A DNA stretch of 64,000 nucleotides. Source: an uncultured virus (IMG/VR IMGVR_UViG_3300020411_003822). Taxonomy: Duplodnaviria; Heunggongvirae; Uroviricota; Caudoviricetes. The translations under genes were made by a program, and so were the position numbers. Location: IMG/VR virus record IMGVR_UViG_3300020411_003822. One strand, given 5' to 3'. The stretch's first letter is position 1. Every line of letters starts with the position of its first letter. Of the stretch, positions 37,563 to 47,266 are shown piece after piece. The notes beneath the pieces were generated by a model. The model saw only the letters and a list, made by a program, of their open reading frames with translations, did no database searches and was not told the origin of the DNA.

Positions 37563-37586
37563 CTGTGTTCTTTAGGGCCACATCTC

Positions 37587-37595
37587 ATTATATGG
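37587..37595 (+). promoter_or_regulatory. TATA-like box ATTATATGG
   Basis: Identical to 33352-33360; upstream of the structural operon. Confidence 0.55.
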
Positions 37596-37658
37596 GAGGG
37601 TATGGTGAGCCCAGAATAACGCAGCCGGACAAAACTACTGCGGGATGAAAAAATAAAG

Positions 37659-38291
37659 GTGAGAAAATTGCAATGGACTGTATACTGGGATCGACCACAA
37701 GCTTTGATTAACGACTACATGGAATCTATCAATGGTTTCATTGGGTATGCTTACCCCAATTGGGGTAGCAGTAATAGAGGGGTTCATGCCAAAGGTGAAT
37801 TCGGATCAGCAAGTTTGAGAGCGGATCACATGGGCATGCTCGATACTGAAGGAAGATGGGTCGTTCCAGTCGATGGAACAGATGGTACTACAGACACTGG
37901 ACAAGCAGGTACTGCAGCATCTGGAAGCCCCGCAGTTGGTGGCGGTTGGATCAGCAAAGGAATTTCAGTAAAAACCCTGGAAGAAGCCTACTACATGTTC
38001 ACAGGACTTCAATACAACACAAGTCCAATTCGAATCACAGAAACACAATTCGCAATTGCTGGAATTACTACTCCAGTACATTCGCACTTGATTCTGAGTG
38101 TCCTTGAGGAGCCCTTCTGCTATATGAGTGAGCCCCTGGTAATTGAACCAGAGAAGCTTGTCGATTGGCATCTTCGAAGCACATTGAGCAACTCAACTTT
38201 GCAAGGCGAATCCCTGAGAATTCTTGGTATGGTCGTGGGTCAGCATCATTCTTTGATCCAGCAGCAAATGTCGATGAACGAACTACAGTGA
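37659..38291 (+). CDS. Candidate single-jelly-roll capsid protein
   Basis: First gene of the structural operon, 210 aa, beta-strand pattern (PLVIEPEK...LRILGMVVG); fold inferred only. Confidence 0.45.
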   Translation: MRKLQWTVYWDRPQALINDYMESINGFIGYAYPNWGSSNRGVHAKGEFGSASLRADHMGMLDTEGRWVVPVDGTDGTTDTGQAGTAASGSPAVGGGWISKGISVKTLEEAYYMFTGLQYNTSPIRITETQFAIAGITTPVHSHLILSVLEEPFCYMSEPLVIEPEKLVDWHLRSTLSNSTLQGESLRILGMVVGQHHSLIQQQMSMNELQ

Positions 38292-38333
38292 GGTCTTTGG
38301 TAGGACATTATACAATAAGGAAGGTGAAAAAAT

Positions 38334-38861
38334 ATGGCACTATCAAACTTAGAAGGCTCTACCATTGGAGGACTTGACGAAGGCAGAGGGCACAACGCTC
38401 GCATTCTGGCCTTCCAGGGTCGTGTGACTCTCGCTGGCGCAATCACCGGCAGCGACACCGTTGTCCACTCTGTCGACATGGACGGAAATGTGACTGACAC
38501 AGACAGTGGCAGCGCAACGCACTCGCTGGCTGTTGATTTTGGACACGGCTTGACCCTTGAAACTCCTGGTATCGTTGACAACGATGAAGTCACATTCAAA
38601 TTGACTTTCGGTGAAGTTTCGACTACTGCAGTCACAGCTTCGTCCGAAAACCTTGACATCAAATTTGCACAGGTCTGCATCGGCGTTGCGAACGCTGGTG
38701 GCACCTCGGACTTCTTGCCCGTGCCTGCTGCCATCAAGTCTGTCTCAGGGAACCAAGTTCAATTCAGCATGGGCGAAATCACTGTCAACGGCGCAAACAC
38801 GGCAATTGTCGTGTCCGATGTGATCCACATCTCCGTCATGGCAATCGCCATGCCTGCTTGA
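38334..38861 (+). CDS. Beta-rich virion structural protein candidate
   Basis: AAGGTGA RBS; T/V/S/G-rich, alternating hydrophobic pattern. Confidence 0.65.
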   Translation: MALSNLEGSTIGGLDEGRGHNARILAFQGRVTLAGAITGSDTVVHSVDMDGNVTDTDSGSATHSLAVDFGHGLTLETPGIVDNDEVTFKLTFGEVSTTAVTASSENLDIKFAQVCIGVANAGGTSDFLPVPAAIKSVSGNQVQFSMGEITVNGANTAIVVSDVIHISVMAIAMPA

Positions 38862-38906
38862 TTACTACTCATCTATCACGCTCACTTGTGAGCCCCTGGT
38901 AGGTGT

Positions 38907-39257
38907 GTGAACAATGAGGAGAGATTCAAAATGTCAGACGGCTGGAGAGGAACAAGACTCGGTTATGCTGGTGGAAGAACTGGCTGGCTTGGTAACTACG
39001 GCAACAATGATGCCCTTCGAGGAACCAGGGGAATCGGCGCATCCAACAATTACTACAACGGTCTTAAGATCAACAGAGATACGACAACCATGATGGTTAC
39101 AGCAGTTGGTTTGATTGGAGGCTTGTACATGCTCGCTGAATACAGAGGGCGCAACAAACTTCTGAAAACGCTGAAGAAAACCACAAAGGTAGTCAATAAA
39201 CCTGTTCAGAACGCCGTTAAACAAACTCAGAAAGGCATTTCGAATATTACAGGTTAG
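38907..39257 (+). CDS. Small membrane protein with Gly-motif-rich N-terminus
   Basis: WRG, RLG, WLG, LRG, GIG before one hydrophobic helix. Confidence 0.75.
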   Translation: MNNEERFKMSDGWRGTRLGYAGGRTGWLGNYGNNDALRGTRGIGASNNYYNGLKINRDTTTMMVTAVGLIGGLYMLAEYRGRNKLLKTLKKTTKVVNKPVQNAVKQTQKGISNITG

Positions 39258-39266
39258 TTGATTTAG

Positions 39267-39512
39267 ATGAATACAGGCGCATATGAAACGGCATTGAGAG
39301 GACAACACAGTCTTCAGCCTATGCGCAATGATACTCTTCGAGGAAGCTTATCTGGAACAAAGGAGTTTTGGACACCCGCCGCTATACTCGTTGGCGGACT
39401 TGGCTTACTCGCAATAAAAGATCGTGGAATTAGTTTCGACAATAAGATAATGATGACTGGAGGCGCATTCCTAACCGGATGGCTACTTGGAGGTGGCGCT
39501 TCAATAATATGA
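39267..39512 (+). CDS. Small membrane protein with LRG/LSG motifs
   Basis: ALRGQ...TLRGSLSG then two hydrophobic helices. Confidence 0.75.
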   Translation: MNTGAYETALRGQHSLQPMRNDTLRGSLSGTKEFWTPAAILVGGLGLLAIKDRGISFDNKIMMTGGAFLTGWLLGGGASII

Positions 39513-39551
39513 TATTCCCTGCTTACACACACATAGGGGAGGACGAAAAAA

Positions 39552-40325
39552 ATGGCAAGAGTTAATTTTGGAAGAACACCGACAGTACGAGGATACAATC
39601 CTCTAACGAACACATTGAAGCCTGGACATGTTATCCAGTTGCGAGGGGAATTTTACCTCGTAGACGCTGTAGAAGGACTTACCTTCGATATTGTCTGCAC
39701 CGCAAATGGCAACACATCAGGTACAGAGATTTCTGCTGGTTACGACAGCGGTTATTTCCAAGATGCAGATCTCGAACCTTACAGAAACCACTTGTATTGT
39801 CTTACACCATCTCTACCAGGACAACCTAAGTTCATCAGCCGTTCAGGCACATACGATGGAGTAGGATTCCCTAATGATGAAACAAATGTAACTCTTGATG
39901 CTTCTCTTAGAAGTATTGGTGGAGCATCTCGGTCAATGGTTGGCCTAATCAGCCCACGGCTATTCTTGAAGCACCCAGCAGGCGTACCTCGCTGGCACGC
40001 TGATGAAGCTCCAGAGAACGACAAGACAGGTTTCTTGGACTGCACAGTAAGTCCTCATGAAGATCCTAACCCAAACTTTGCAATATGGATTGAGAGTGGA
40101 GAAAATCAACTACCTCAATTCCGCCTTGTAAACACAACAGGAGAAGTAATTTACAATCCTGTTATTCATCTCCAGGGATTCAAGTGCCGATTGAAGCACA
40201 TGTCCAAAGCAGATGTCGAGGCGGCACGAAGAGCAAATGGCGGCAAGTTCGTGTACAAAGTGATTAAACCACAAGGTCTTCCTCATGCCGGTTCTATGGC
40301 TGCTGATTACGACCAAGTCCTGTGA
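39552..40325 (+). CDS. Candidate capsid/structural protein A (paralogue of the next gene)
   Basis: GGGAGG RBS; shares N- and C-terminal blocks with 40341..42125. Confidence 0.7.
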   Translation: MARVNFGRTPTVRGYNPLTNTLKPGHVIQLRGEFYLVDAVEGLTFDIVCTANGNTSGTEISAGYDSGYFQDADLEPYRNHLYCLTPSLPGQPKFISRSGTYDGVGFPNDETNVTLDASLRSIGGASRSMVGLISPRLFLKHPAGVPRWHADEAPENDKTGFLDCTVSPHEDPNPNFAIWIESGENQLPQFRLVNTTGEVIYNPVIHLQGFKCRLKHMSKADVEAARRANGGKFVYKVIKPQGLPHAGSMAADYDQVL

Positions 40326-40340
40326 GGGAGGTCGTAAAGC

Positions 40341-42125
40341 ATGGTGAACGAAAATCCTTTCAAAGAACTGGGCGGTGCGAAGTCAGCAGATAAACTTCCA
40401 TCCTCCGAGCCTTTTGGAAGGCCGTTTGGCGCTCTTGGCACACACATAGGCCAAGAATACCAGCCAGGGGAACTTGTAATGCTCTCTAACGGCCTTTACA
40501 GGGTCAAAGCAGCAGAACCAATGTCTATGACGCTACACATGGGCCTACAGGCCACTACACAGACGGGAACTACAGGCACTACACTGAAACTCAAATTAGA
40601 TGAAACAGATGATGCCTTTTCCAGTATCGCATCTCCTCGATTCTTTCTGCCGAAGGGAACAAAAATACTTCTTGGAGAGCAGGGGTTCAACACCGAAACT
40701 CAAGTAGTAACTTTAGCACAAAAAGCAGAATATTGCAGGGCAACAGGGCTAATCACTGTCACTGGAACTGCCACTAACGGCAAAATCCTCACCATAATTG
40801 GTGCAAATGAGGATGGAACAACCTCATCTAAAGCATTCTTAGCAGCAGCTTCCGAAGATCTAACAACGGACCCCTGTAAGTTCAAGTCGAGTGGAACGAA
40901 ATACACCGTAGCACATTCGATTGTAAACTGCATCAATGATGAATCGGGTGGTCTTGGTGGAGCCCTCCACAAAGTACACGCAGAACTGTTACTCGAAGAA
41001 GGGGCAAATCCCATCATTAGGGTCATTCAAGACCACACAGGTACAACTGGGAATACCACAATAACTACCAACGAAGCAAATATCAATGTAGAGGGCTTCA
41101 CAGGTGGCTCCTCAGTAGCAAATAAAACACTCACCATCACAACTGTAGAGACCATACAATCAAGATTTGAAGGAGAAGGGCACACAGCCACAATCCTGTT
41201 TATTCCATACGCCAGTGTAGATAGCAGAGACTCTACAATATTGTTGAACGAAAGATCATTCTCGATTTTAGAAAGTCCTGATAGCAGAAAAATTGTGTAC
41301 GACCTCACTTGGGGAATCAGTTCCCATCCAAAGTTCATAGGGGCTGACGGAGACATAACCAATACTGGAATTTTTGGCGTAGATAGCAGCGATGCAACCA
41401 CACAAATTGCACCAGGCGCACTATCTGGATACATCGACAACAATGGTAGTGGATGGTCTCTCGATGGCGCTGGTGCGCAAACCGAAGGTGAAACGACCAA
41501 GACAGTGGGTATGGCAAACCACGGTGCTGGAGGATACGGCTACGGGATAGGAACAAGATACAGCGGCATGACGAGCCCTAAAATCAGAGTAAGCCAACCT
41601 CGCGGCCAAGTGAGGTTTACGGTAGATCTTATGTCAGGTTCTAACGATAGTAACAAAGCGGGATGGATTACTGCAGAAGAAACTCCAAGTTACAATCCAA
41701 ACCCAGTTTACCGCCTCATTACCGGTTCAGGCGCAAACGGCAACTTACTGCCGCATTTCCAACTTCTTCAAGACATCGAAGAGGACCTTAGAGACCCAAG
41801 AATACTCATTACAGGATTCAAGTATCTCTTCGAAGAAGTAACAGACGGCGAAGTCCGAGAAATGATTCGCAGGTCAGGCAGATTCAATTACAAAATCGTT
41901 CAAAACCCAGGGGACATGTCTATGCCGTCTGATGGAGTTACAGGGCCAACAGAAGGATGGAAAGCCCTTGTAGAATCACAAAGAGGTCGCAAGATGTCTT
42001 TCGAAGAATACAAGCGAGCCACAGAGAATGTGACATCACAGACATTGAACATGCTATATGGGACTTCTGCCTCAGGTAGAACAAGCGGGTCGGCAGACCC
42101 CAGGAAAAGACACAGGAGGATCTAA
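40341..42125 (+). CDS. Candidate capsid/structural protein B: paralogue of A with a large inserted beta-rich region
   Basis: PGELVMLSNGLYRVKAAE vs PGHVIQLRGEFYLVDAVE; HPKFI vs QPKFI; SPKIRVSQPRGQVRF vs SPRLFLKHPAGVPRW; GFKY..RFNYKIV vs GFKC..KFVYKVI. Confidence 0.75.
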   Translation: MVNENPFKELGGAKSADKLPSSEPFGRPFGALGTHIGQEYQPGELVMLSNGLYRVKAAEPMSMTLHMGLQATTQTGTTGTTLKLKLDETDDAFSSIASPRFFLPKGTKILLGEQGFNTETQVVTLAQKAEYCRATGLITVTGTATNGKILTIIGANEDGTTSSKAFLAAASEDLTTDPCKFKSSGTKYTVAHSIVNCINDESGGLGGALHKVHAELLLEEGANPIIRVIQDHTGTTGNTTITTNEANINVEGFTGGSSVANKTLTITTVETIQSRFEGEGHTATILFIPYASVDSRDSTILLNERSFSILESPDSRKIVYDLTWGISSHPKFIGADGDITNTGIFGVDSSDATTQIAPGALSGYIDNNGSGWSLDGAGAQTEGETTKTVGMANHGAGGYGYGIGTRYSGMTSPKIRVSQPRGQVRFTVDLMSGSNDSNKAGWITAEETPSYNPNPVYRLITGSGANGNLLPHFQLLQDIEEDLRDPRILITGFKYLFEEVTDGEVREMIRRSGRFNYKIVQNPGDMSMPSDGVTGPTEGWKALVESQRGRKMSFEEYKRATENVTSQTLNMLYGTSASGRTSGSADPRKRHRRI

Positions 42126-42127
42126 GC

Positions 42128-42748
42128 ATGGTAGAATTGCCCGATGGAGTAAATACGGTTACGAACGGCAGTCAAGACACTGACGAAATCATGCTAATGC
42201 CCTCTGCAATGTACACTGAACCAGTGGAACTAAGTCGCAACGACCCACGAAACATCACAGAAAGAAAGAGGGGCCTTGTTGTCGGTGCTAATGCCACAGT
42301 AAGGTGCATCGACCAACTTGAATCGGGAAGTTTAGATTATGTGATTATGAAAGTCACCAAGACACTACCTGACGGTACAGAGGGTGCAGACCCAAGCAAA
42401 CTTGCTATCTTCTTGCAACTTGACGGTCATGCCCAGGGTGGCTTCGAATCCATTTACAATCCTACTACAAGTACATCAACAACAGGAATCACAATTTCTT
42501 CAATCAGTGAATTGAATCTACCAGAACAATTTGGTATGTGGTTCTTGACCGTAGATCAAGCAGATACCAAAGTAGCTGTATTCAGAGGAAGAAACATGTA
42601 CAGGCACAGATTCAGATTAGAAGTAATGAACACAGATGCAGACTCAAGCATATTTGTTGAATTCATCGAGGTATCTCGAAGAAGAATGACTGCAAAGGAA
42701 GGCGGTTCAAACGCTCGTGGGTCTCCGGCAGACCAATTAGGATATTGA
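42128..42748 (+). CDS. Beta-rich structural protein candidate
   Basis: In the structural operon; beta-strand pattern. Confidence 0.65.
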   Translation: MVELPDGVNTVTNGSQDTDEIMLMPSAMYTEPVELSRNDPRNITERKRGLVVGANATVRCIDQLESGSLDYVIMKVTKTLPDGTEGADPSKLAIFLQLDGHAQGGFESIYNPTTSTSTTGITISSISELNLPEQFGMWFLTVDQADTKVAVFRGRNMYRHRFRLEVMNTDADSSIFVEFIEVSRRRMTAKEGGSNARGSPADQLGY

Positions 42749-42758
42749 GGGGTAAAAA

Positions 42759-44021
42759 ATGACTGAAACAAGTACCAGAGCGGATAGTTCAGTATTTGGA
42801 GCAATCGTTGATATTGCCAAAACCGGTTACTTGGTAAATAGTGGGTCCGACCTTGCAAGGGGCACTACTGAAATAGTAATCGACACTGGAACAGGTTCTC
42901 TGAGCAAAGGACAAAAAATACAGTTTGCAAGCGATAGCACCATTTACACCATCGAAAGCATCGATGCTGCCATGTGCTTAGACACAAACGACAAAGGAGT
43001 TGGAATTCACGGTACAACTGTTACTCAAATTACAATCTCTCCAGGTCTCCAACTCTCAACGGGCAACAACGCAACAATCACTCCTGTAGTAACTGCAGCG
43101 TTTACAGATGCAACCTGCGACACAGATCACACGGCAACAGTATCGAACACAACAGGAATCACTGATACTTTCGGAGCAAATACAAAACTCATACAAATGG
43201 ACTCCACTCAAAAAATAGCAGTGGGTATGCATGTGGCAGGTACAGGGATTGCAACGGATTCGATTGTAACCGAAATCTCGAAGGCAAAAGGTTCTGTTAC
43301 TGTAACAGATGGTGATGCCGCAAATGGGATGACAGCAGGTACAAAAATAACCATGATGAGTACAGACGGCCATATTGTAGATTACATTCTATCCGACACC
43401 AACGATGGAGGGGTTGCACACTTAGGCGTAGTTGTTGCAGGGGCTACAATGAAATCAACGGGATCTGTTACAGCGAGCCTTACCACAGGTGCCGTTGGAA
43501 TTGCCGTTGGAATCAATCTATCCAGTGCAACACAAAACGCATTCTTGGTTGCATTAAAGGAAGCAATTGAGCATGCAAACGGTCACGCTGGTAGAATCAT
43601 TGTTGGCGGTGTGCCAGCAGAAGCTAATGGAAACCAAGTCATTACATTAGACCAGAGAGATCTAACTCCTACAGGAAACCATACAATAACAGAAACAATA
43701 GCGAATGTCGCCGTTAGTGGTTTCAGTAGCACACTATTCACCGTGTCCTTACCCACAACGGCTTCGAACAACAATCAAACTCTGACATTCACGCCAGTTA
43801 CAGGACAGCCCCTACCACCCTACCAAGTAACAGATAGCATCGTGATTCTTGCAGACGCAGGTAATGCTGCAGATGTGTATGTTGGTTCAAGCACAGTAAC
43901 GAATGGGAAGTTTGGTTTTGCTCTTGCTGCAGGTTCTGCAATCGAAGTTAAATGCACAGATGCGTCTTCTGTCTACATTGCTGGAACAACAGCAGATCAT
44001 GTGTACATTACAGGGAGTTGA
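42759..44021 (+). CDS. Spike/vertex protein candidate with nested beta domains
   Basis: T/G-rich; C-terminal VILADAGNAADVYVG...GFALAAG module. Confidence 0.7.
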   Translation: MTETSTRADSSVFGAIVDIAKTGYLVNSGSDLARGTTEIVIDTGTGSLSKGQKIQFASDSTIYTIESIDAAMCLDTNDKGVGIHGTTVTQITISPGLQLSTGNNATITPVVTAAFTDATCDTDHTATVSNTTGITDTFGANTKLIQMDSTQKIAVGMHVAGTGIATDSIVTEISKAKGSVTVTDGDAANGMTAGTKITMMSTDGHIVDYILSDTNDGGVAHLGVVVAGATMKSTGSVTASLTTGAVGIAVGINLSSATQNAFLVALKEAIEHANGHAGRIIVGGVPAEANGNQVITLDQRDLTPTGNHTITETIANVAVSGFSSTLFTVSLPTTASNNNQTLTFTPVTGQPLPPYQVTDSIVILADAGNAADVYVGSSTVTNGKFGFALAAGSAIEVKCTDASSVYIAGTTADHVYITGS

Positions 44022-44025
44022 TTAG

Positions 44026-44619
44026 TTGGGTAAATACACAAGTGCTGGTGGCGGAGGCGGCGGTAGTGGCGACATAACAGCCGTCTCATTTGTAACAGAC
44101 TCCGGTAGCGGTAGCAAAGCATCGGATGATAGCGACTCTGCCGACTTCTCCATACTTGGTGGTGCAGGCGTTGATGTAACCAACTCAGGTACTACCATCA
44201 CAGTCGCAGGTGAAACTGCATCCGATTCAAACGCAGGTATCGTTGAACTCGCCACAACTGCAGAAGCCATTGCAGGTACAGATACGGCAAGAGCAATTAC
44301 CGCAGAAGGTTTGCTTGCCAAAGTAAACGAAATTGTAGTGAATAGTTCAGCCTCTACAACAACTCTTACTGCATCGCAAAGTGGCGCAGTTGTATTTCTA
44401 AATCATGCAAATGCAGCCTGTACTCTCCCCAACGGCTGCGCAGTCGGGACACACTTTACAATCATTAACAATACAGGGGCTTCTGAAACAATCGGATTAA
44501 ACACAAACGGTGTTACGGTAACTGGTATGGCAAACAATGTAATTAGCGATCACATGTCCAAGACATTCATCTGTGTCAATCTTGCTGGAAGCGTTTCTTC
44601 TTGGGCAGTGATAGGGTGA
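44026..44619 (+). CDS. Fibre/spike protein candidate
   Basis: Poly-Gly hinge; ASDSNAGIVELATTAEAIAGTDTARAITA resembles phage fibre repeats. Confidence 0.7.
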   Translation: MGKYTSAGGGGGGSGDITAVSFVTDSGSGSKASDDSDSADFSILGGAGVDVTNSGTTITVAGETASDSNAGIVELATTAEAIAGTDTARAITAEGLLAKVNEIVVNSSASTTTLTASQSGAVVFLNHANAACTLPNGCAVGTHFTIINNTGASETIGLNTNGVTVTGMANNVISDHMSKTFICVNLAGSVSSWAVIG

Positions 44620-44625
44620 ATAAAA

Positions 44626-45300
44626 ATGATGTCTGCAGCAGTTTCGGGTAGTGTCTCTGATGCAACAAAGACTGCTCCTACTATCACTGTAAGCCACCTA
44701 CAAATCAACATGACTGATGAAGGGGGCGGCACAGTCCATGCAACTGAAGATGTTGCAAACGGTGGCGCGTCAGCAACCCTTTATGATTTATCGAACATGC
44801 AGGCTATGGGTGCAGAATTTTTTGTATTCAAATTGAAAATCGCAGTAGGCGGCGGAGGTGGCAGTTCCAGAACAACCAATCACATGATGTCAATAGGAAC
44901 AATAGGGAGGGATGACATGCATTCAACGGTAGCAAACCCGCAACCATGCTTTATTCACACCGGATATATTTCAATTGCGGGAAATCCGAATTCCATGCTT
45001 GGAATGTTTATGCCCCCAGAAGGCCCAGATGGTTCAGGAAGTCAAGGAGAACCCTATGCGATAATCGCTTCAAAACACGACATAGTAGGTGGAAGTTCGG
45101 CCAACTACGCACCTACCATATCCACTCCTGATGATGCAAGTATATTCCTCATAGACCCTCCTGGAATCAATCCACACACTCCTCTAAGATGCCCTTTCAT
45201 GGTTCCGGCAAATTCCTTAGAAGTGTATGATCAACAAACAGGCCTTTACGCCACAGGCCCAAGCAGCAATCTCGCCTACGATGTGAGAATCCAACTATGA
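44626..45300 (+). CDS. Hypothetical protein, possibly a receptor-binding tip
   Basis: GGGTGA RBS; follows the fibre gene; Gly/Pro-rich. Confidence 0.6.
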   Translation: MMSAAVSGSVSDATKTAPTITVSHLQINMTDEGGGTVHATEDVANGGASATLYDLSNMQAMGAEFFVFKLKIAVGGGGGSSRTTNHMMSIGTIGRDDMHSTVANPQPCFIHTGYISIAGNPNSMLGMFMPPEGPDGSGSQGEPYAIIASKHDIVGGSSANYAPTISTPDDASIFLIDPPGINPHTPLRCPFMVPANSLEVYDQQTGLYATGPSSNLAYDVRIQL

Positions 45301-45319
45301 TGGTTTAAGAGGGGTCGTT

Positions 45320-45763
45320 ATGTTTGGTGCACTGAAAAACTCAAGACCTCGACTCCTCAAAACATACAGGAACAAATTTCCTTCCCTTCGTGTAGAAGTA
45401 GTTGAACGATTCACCAACTCCTTCAATTGCATTGCCTGGACAATAGGTGTCCGTGACCGTTGGGTTTGGAATGAAATCGACATGAACGCAGATGGTGAGG
45501 CCTCCTTTTCAGAGTTCATCAGCTTCTATGAGAAACATGGGCTGGTTCCAACACCGTATGAGTCGGAAGCAGTTGTTGCGATATTCGGTTTCGAAGATGT
45601 TATGGGAAGAATCAGCATCAAACATGGGGCAAGAAGGGAAAAATCAACAGGATTTTGGCTATCAAAGATGGGTCAGGGGGGAATTATCCGTCACGATGAA
45701 CTCGAAGTATTCGACAACAGCCCGTATGGGAAACTAATGCTTATGTTCAAGGAGGCTAATTGA
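45320..45763 (+). CDS. Papain-like-fold cysteine peptidase candidate
   Basis: FNCIAW (Cys), KHGAR (His), WLSKMG, SPYG. Confidence 0.55.
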   Translation: MFGALKNSRPRLLKTYRNKFPSLRVEVVERFTNSFNCIAWTIGVRDRWVWNEIDMNADGEASFSEFISFYEKHGLVPTPYESEAVVAIFGFEDVMGRISIKHGARREKSTGFWLSKMGQGGIIRHDELEVFDNSPYGKLMLMFKEAN

Positions 45764-46011
45764 TGAGAGATCTACTTGCCTCAATTCTCAAGCCAAGATC
45801 ATACGATGGTGCGAAGGACATTGCAAAGGGCAATTTGCAAGGCTTTGTGCCAATAATACAGGCCACATTGGTTCGAGCCGCACTGGTAGCCCCTGGTTTG
45901 CTCTTAATGGGCGTACCTAACAAAACAGCCATTTACGGGTCACTTATTGGTAGCGCCAACATCTCCGCAGGTTTAGTGATTTACTACATGATCGAGGAGG
46001 GAAATAGATGA
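45760..46011 (+). CDS. Small two-helix membrane protein
   Basis: Coupled ORF with hydrophobic segments. Confidence 0.7.
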   Translation: MMRDLLASILKPRSYDGAKDIAKGNLQGFVPIIQATLVRAALVAPGLLLMGVPNKTAIYGSLIGSANISAGLVIYYMIEEGNR

Positions 46012-46301
46012 ATCTGAAAAAGTTCCAAGACACTATGAAAAAACAGTGGTGGTGGAATGAAAAAAGTGCCATTGCGATTGGAACTTTAGGTGGTGTCGGA
46101 TTCTACGCACTTTCGGAACACGGTCAAAAAGAGCACAACAGGAGTTATACCGCTTCACCTGCAACCGATGCATTGGCCTTCATTGGAGCCACATATGTAT
46201 TGTATCGTGGTTGGCAACTCGAAGAACCTCTATTGGTGGCAATAGGATCTACAATTAACAGCATTCATGCAATGCAGGTAGTGTTCAACAAAGGATGGTA
46301 A
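46008..46301 (+). CDS. Small membrane protein
   Basis: GAGGAGGG RBS; three hydrophobic segments. Confidence 0.7.
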   Translation: MNLKKFQDTMKKQWWWNEKSAIAIGTLGGVGFYALSEHGQKEHNRSYTASPATDALAFIGATYVLYRGWQLEEPLLVAIGSTINSIHAMQVVFNKGW

Positions 46302-46444
46302 TCATCTACACTTCGAACAGCAAATAGTTCCACCAAACCCAACAGTAGCATCTCGTTGGTCGAACAAACAAAAGCAGTGAGAACATTGGACAGTCATGGG
46401 AACACCGAAGTAAAACGCACTAAGAAAAAGACACCAAATAATGG

Positions 46445-47266
46445 TTACGCCACTTCCTCAACCGCCAGATAATTTTTATTCGGGCCAATGGCATTGTATT
46501 CCCCAAAAGGCGCTCTCTTTTCTGAAAGCAAATGCTCGGCTGAATTGTGGAGTTTTATGGCGTGCTGCAGCTTCTCCTTGACTTCACCTGCAATTCTACA
46601 TCGCGGATCACGATGAAGTTGCATTCTCCGAAATGTGTATCTGACTACAGGCATTTCCAACAGAGGGCCTCTCCCCTTTATCGTTCCATTAGGCCAGTCA
46701 AACTCTCTAAAATCGAATCCTCCAAAACCGAAACAAGACAAATCATACCCTTCATACCCATAAGACACCACCATTTCATTATTCATTCGTCTCCTCCCCA
46801 TCATGCCGTTTGCTTGTTTTACCTCAGTCCTATTGATACAATCAAATCCAGAAAAAGGCTTCATCAGCAAATGGTAGCATTGGTGGGCAAAGTAATGCCG
46901 TTCAATGTCTTCAGCATTCTTTCCGAAAGAATTGCAATAGGCGAGTGCTTTCGTAAACCCAAACTCGTTAGCACATGTTGGCCCCAATTCAGCCCTGTCT
47001 TCCAGGTGTGAATGTCGAACCCAAGATGAGTTGTCATATTTGCGATACTGATCAAACCTCGCATAGTAATCAATGGGGGTATGCCCCTGTACTCTGGACA
47101 ATAACTCCCTTGTTGCATCTAAGCGAATAGGCGCAACAAGGGAAATTGTTGCATATTTGCAATTTAACTCCACATACATGTCTGATATATCCCCTTCAAA
47201 GGTAACATGCGACCTTGTCCTTCCTGTATTATCTGCATTAACAACCCTAATCGGTATCTTCGCCAT
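46445..47266 (-). CDS. Hypothetical protein (273 aa), isolated on the minus strand
   Basis: Long ORF; no family recognised. Confidence 0.65.
   Translation of the reverse strand: MAKIPIRVVNADNTGRTRSHVTFEGDISDMYVELNCKYATISLVAPIRLDATRELLSRVQGHTPIDYYARFDQYRKYDNSSWVRHSHLEDRAELGPTCANEFGFTKALAYCNSFGKNAEDIERHYFAHQCYHLLMKPFSGFDCINRTEVKQANGMMGRRRMNNEMVVSYGYEGYDLSCFGFGGFDFREFDWPNGTIKGRGPLLEMPVVRYTFRRMQLHRDPRCRIAGEVKEKLQHAIKLHNSAEHLLSEKRAPFGEYNAIGPNKNYLAVEEVA

Noticed and set aside
40737..43728. Shared beta module as evidence of a contractile tail sheath
   Set aside because: It appears only as an inserted domain; no sheath core, tube, baseplate or tape-measure gene recognised.
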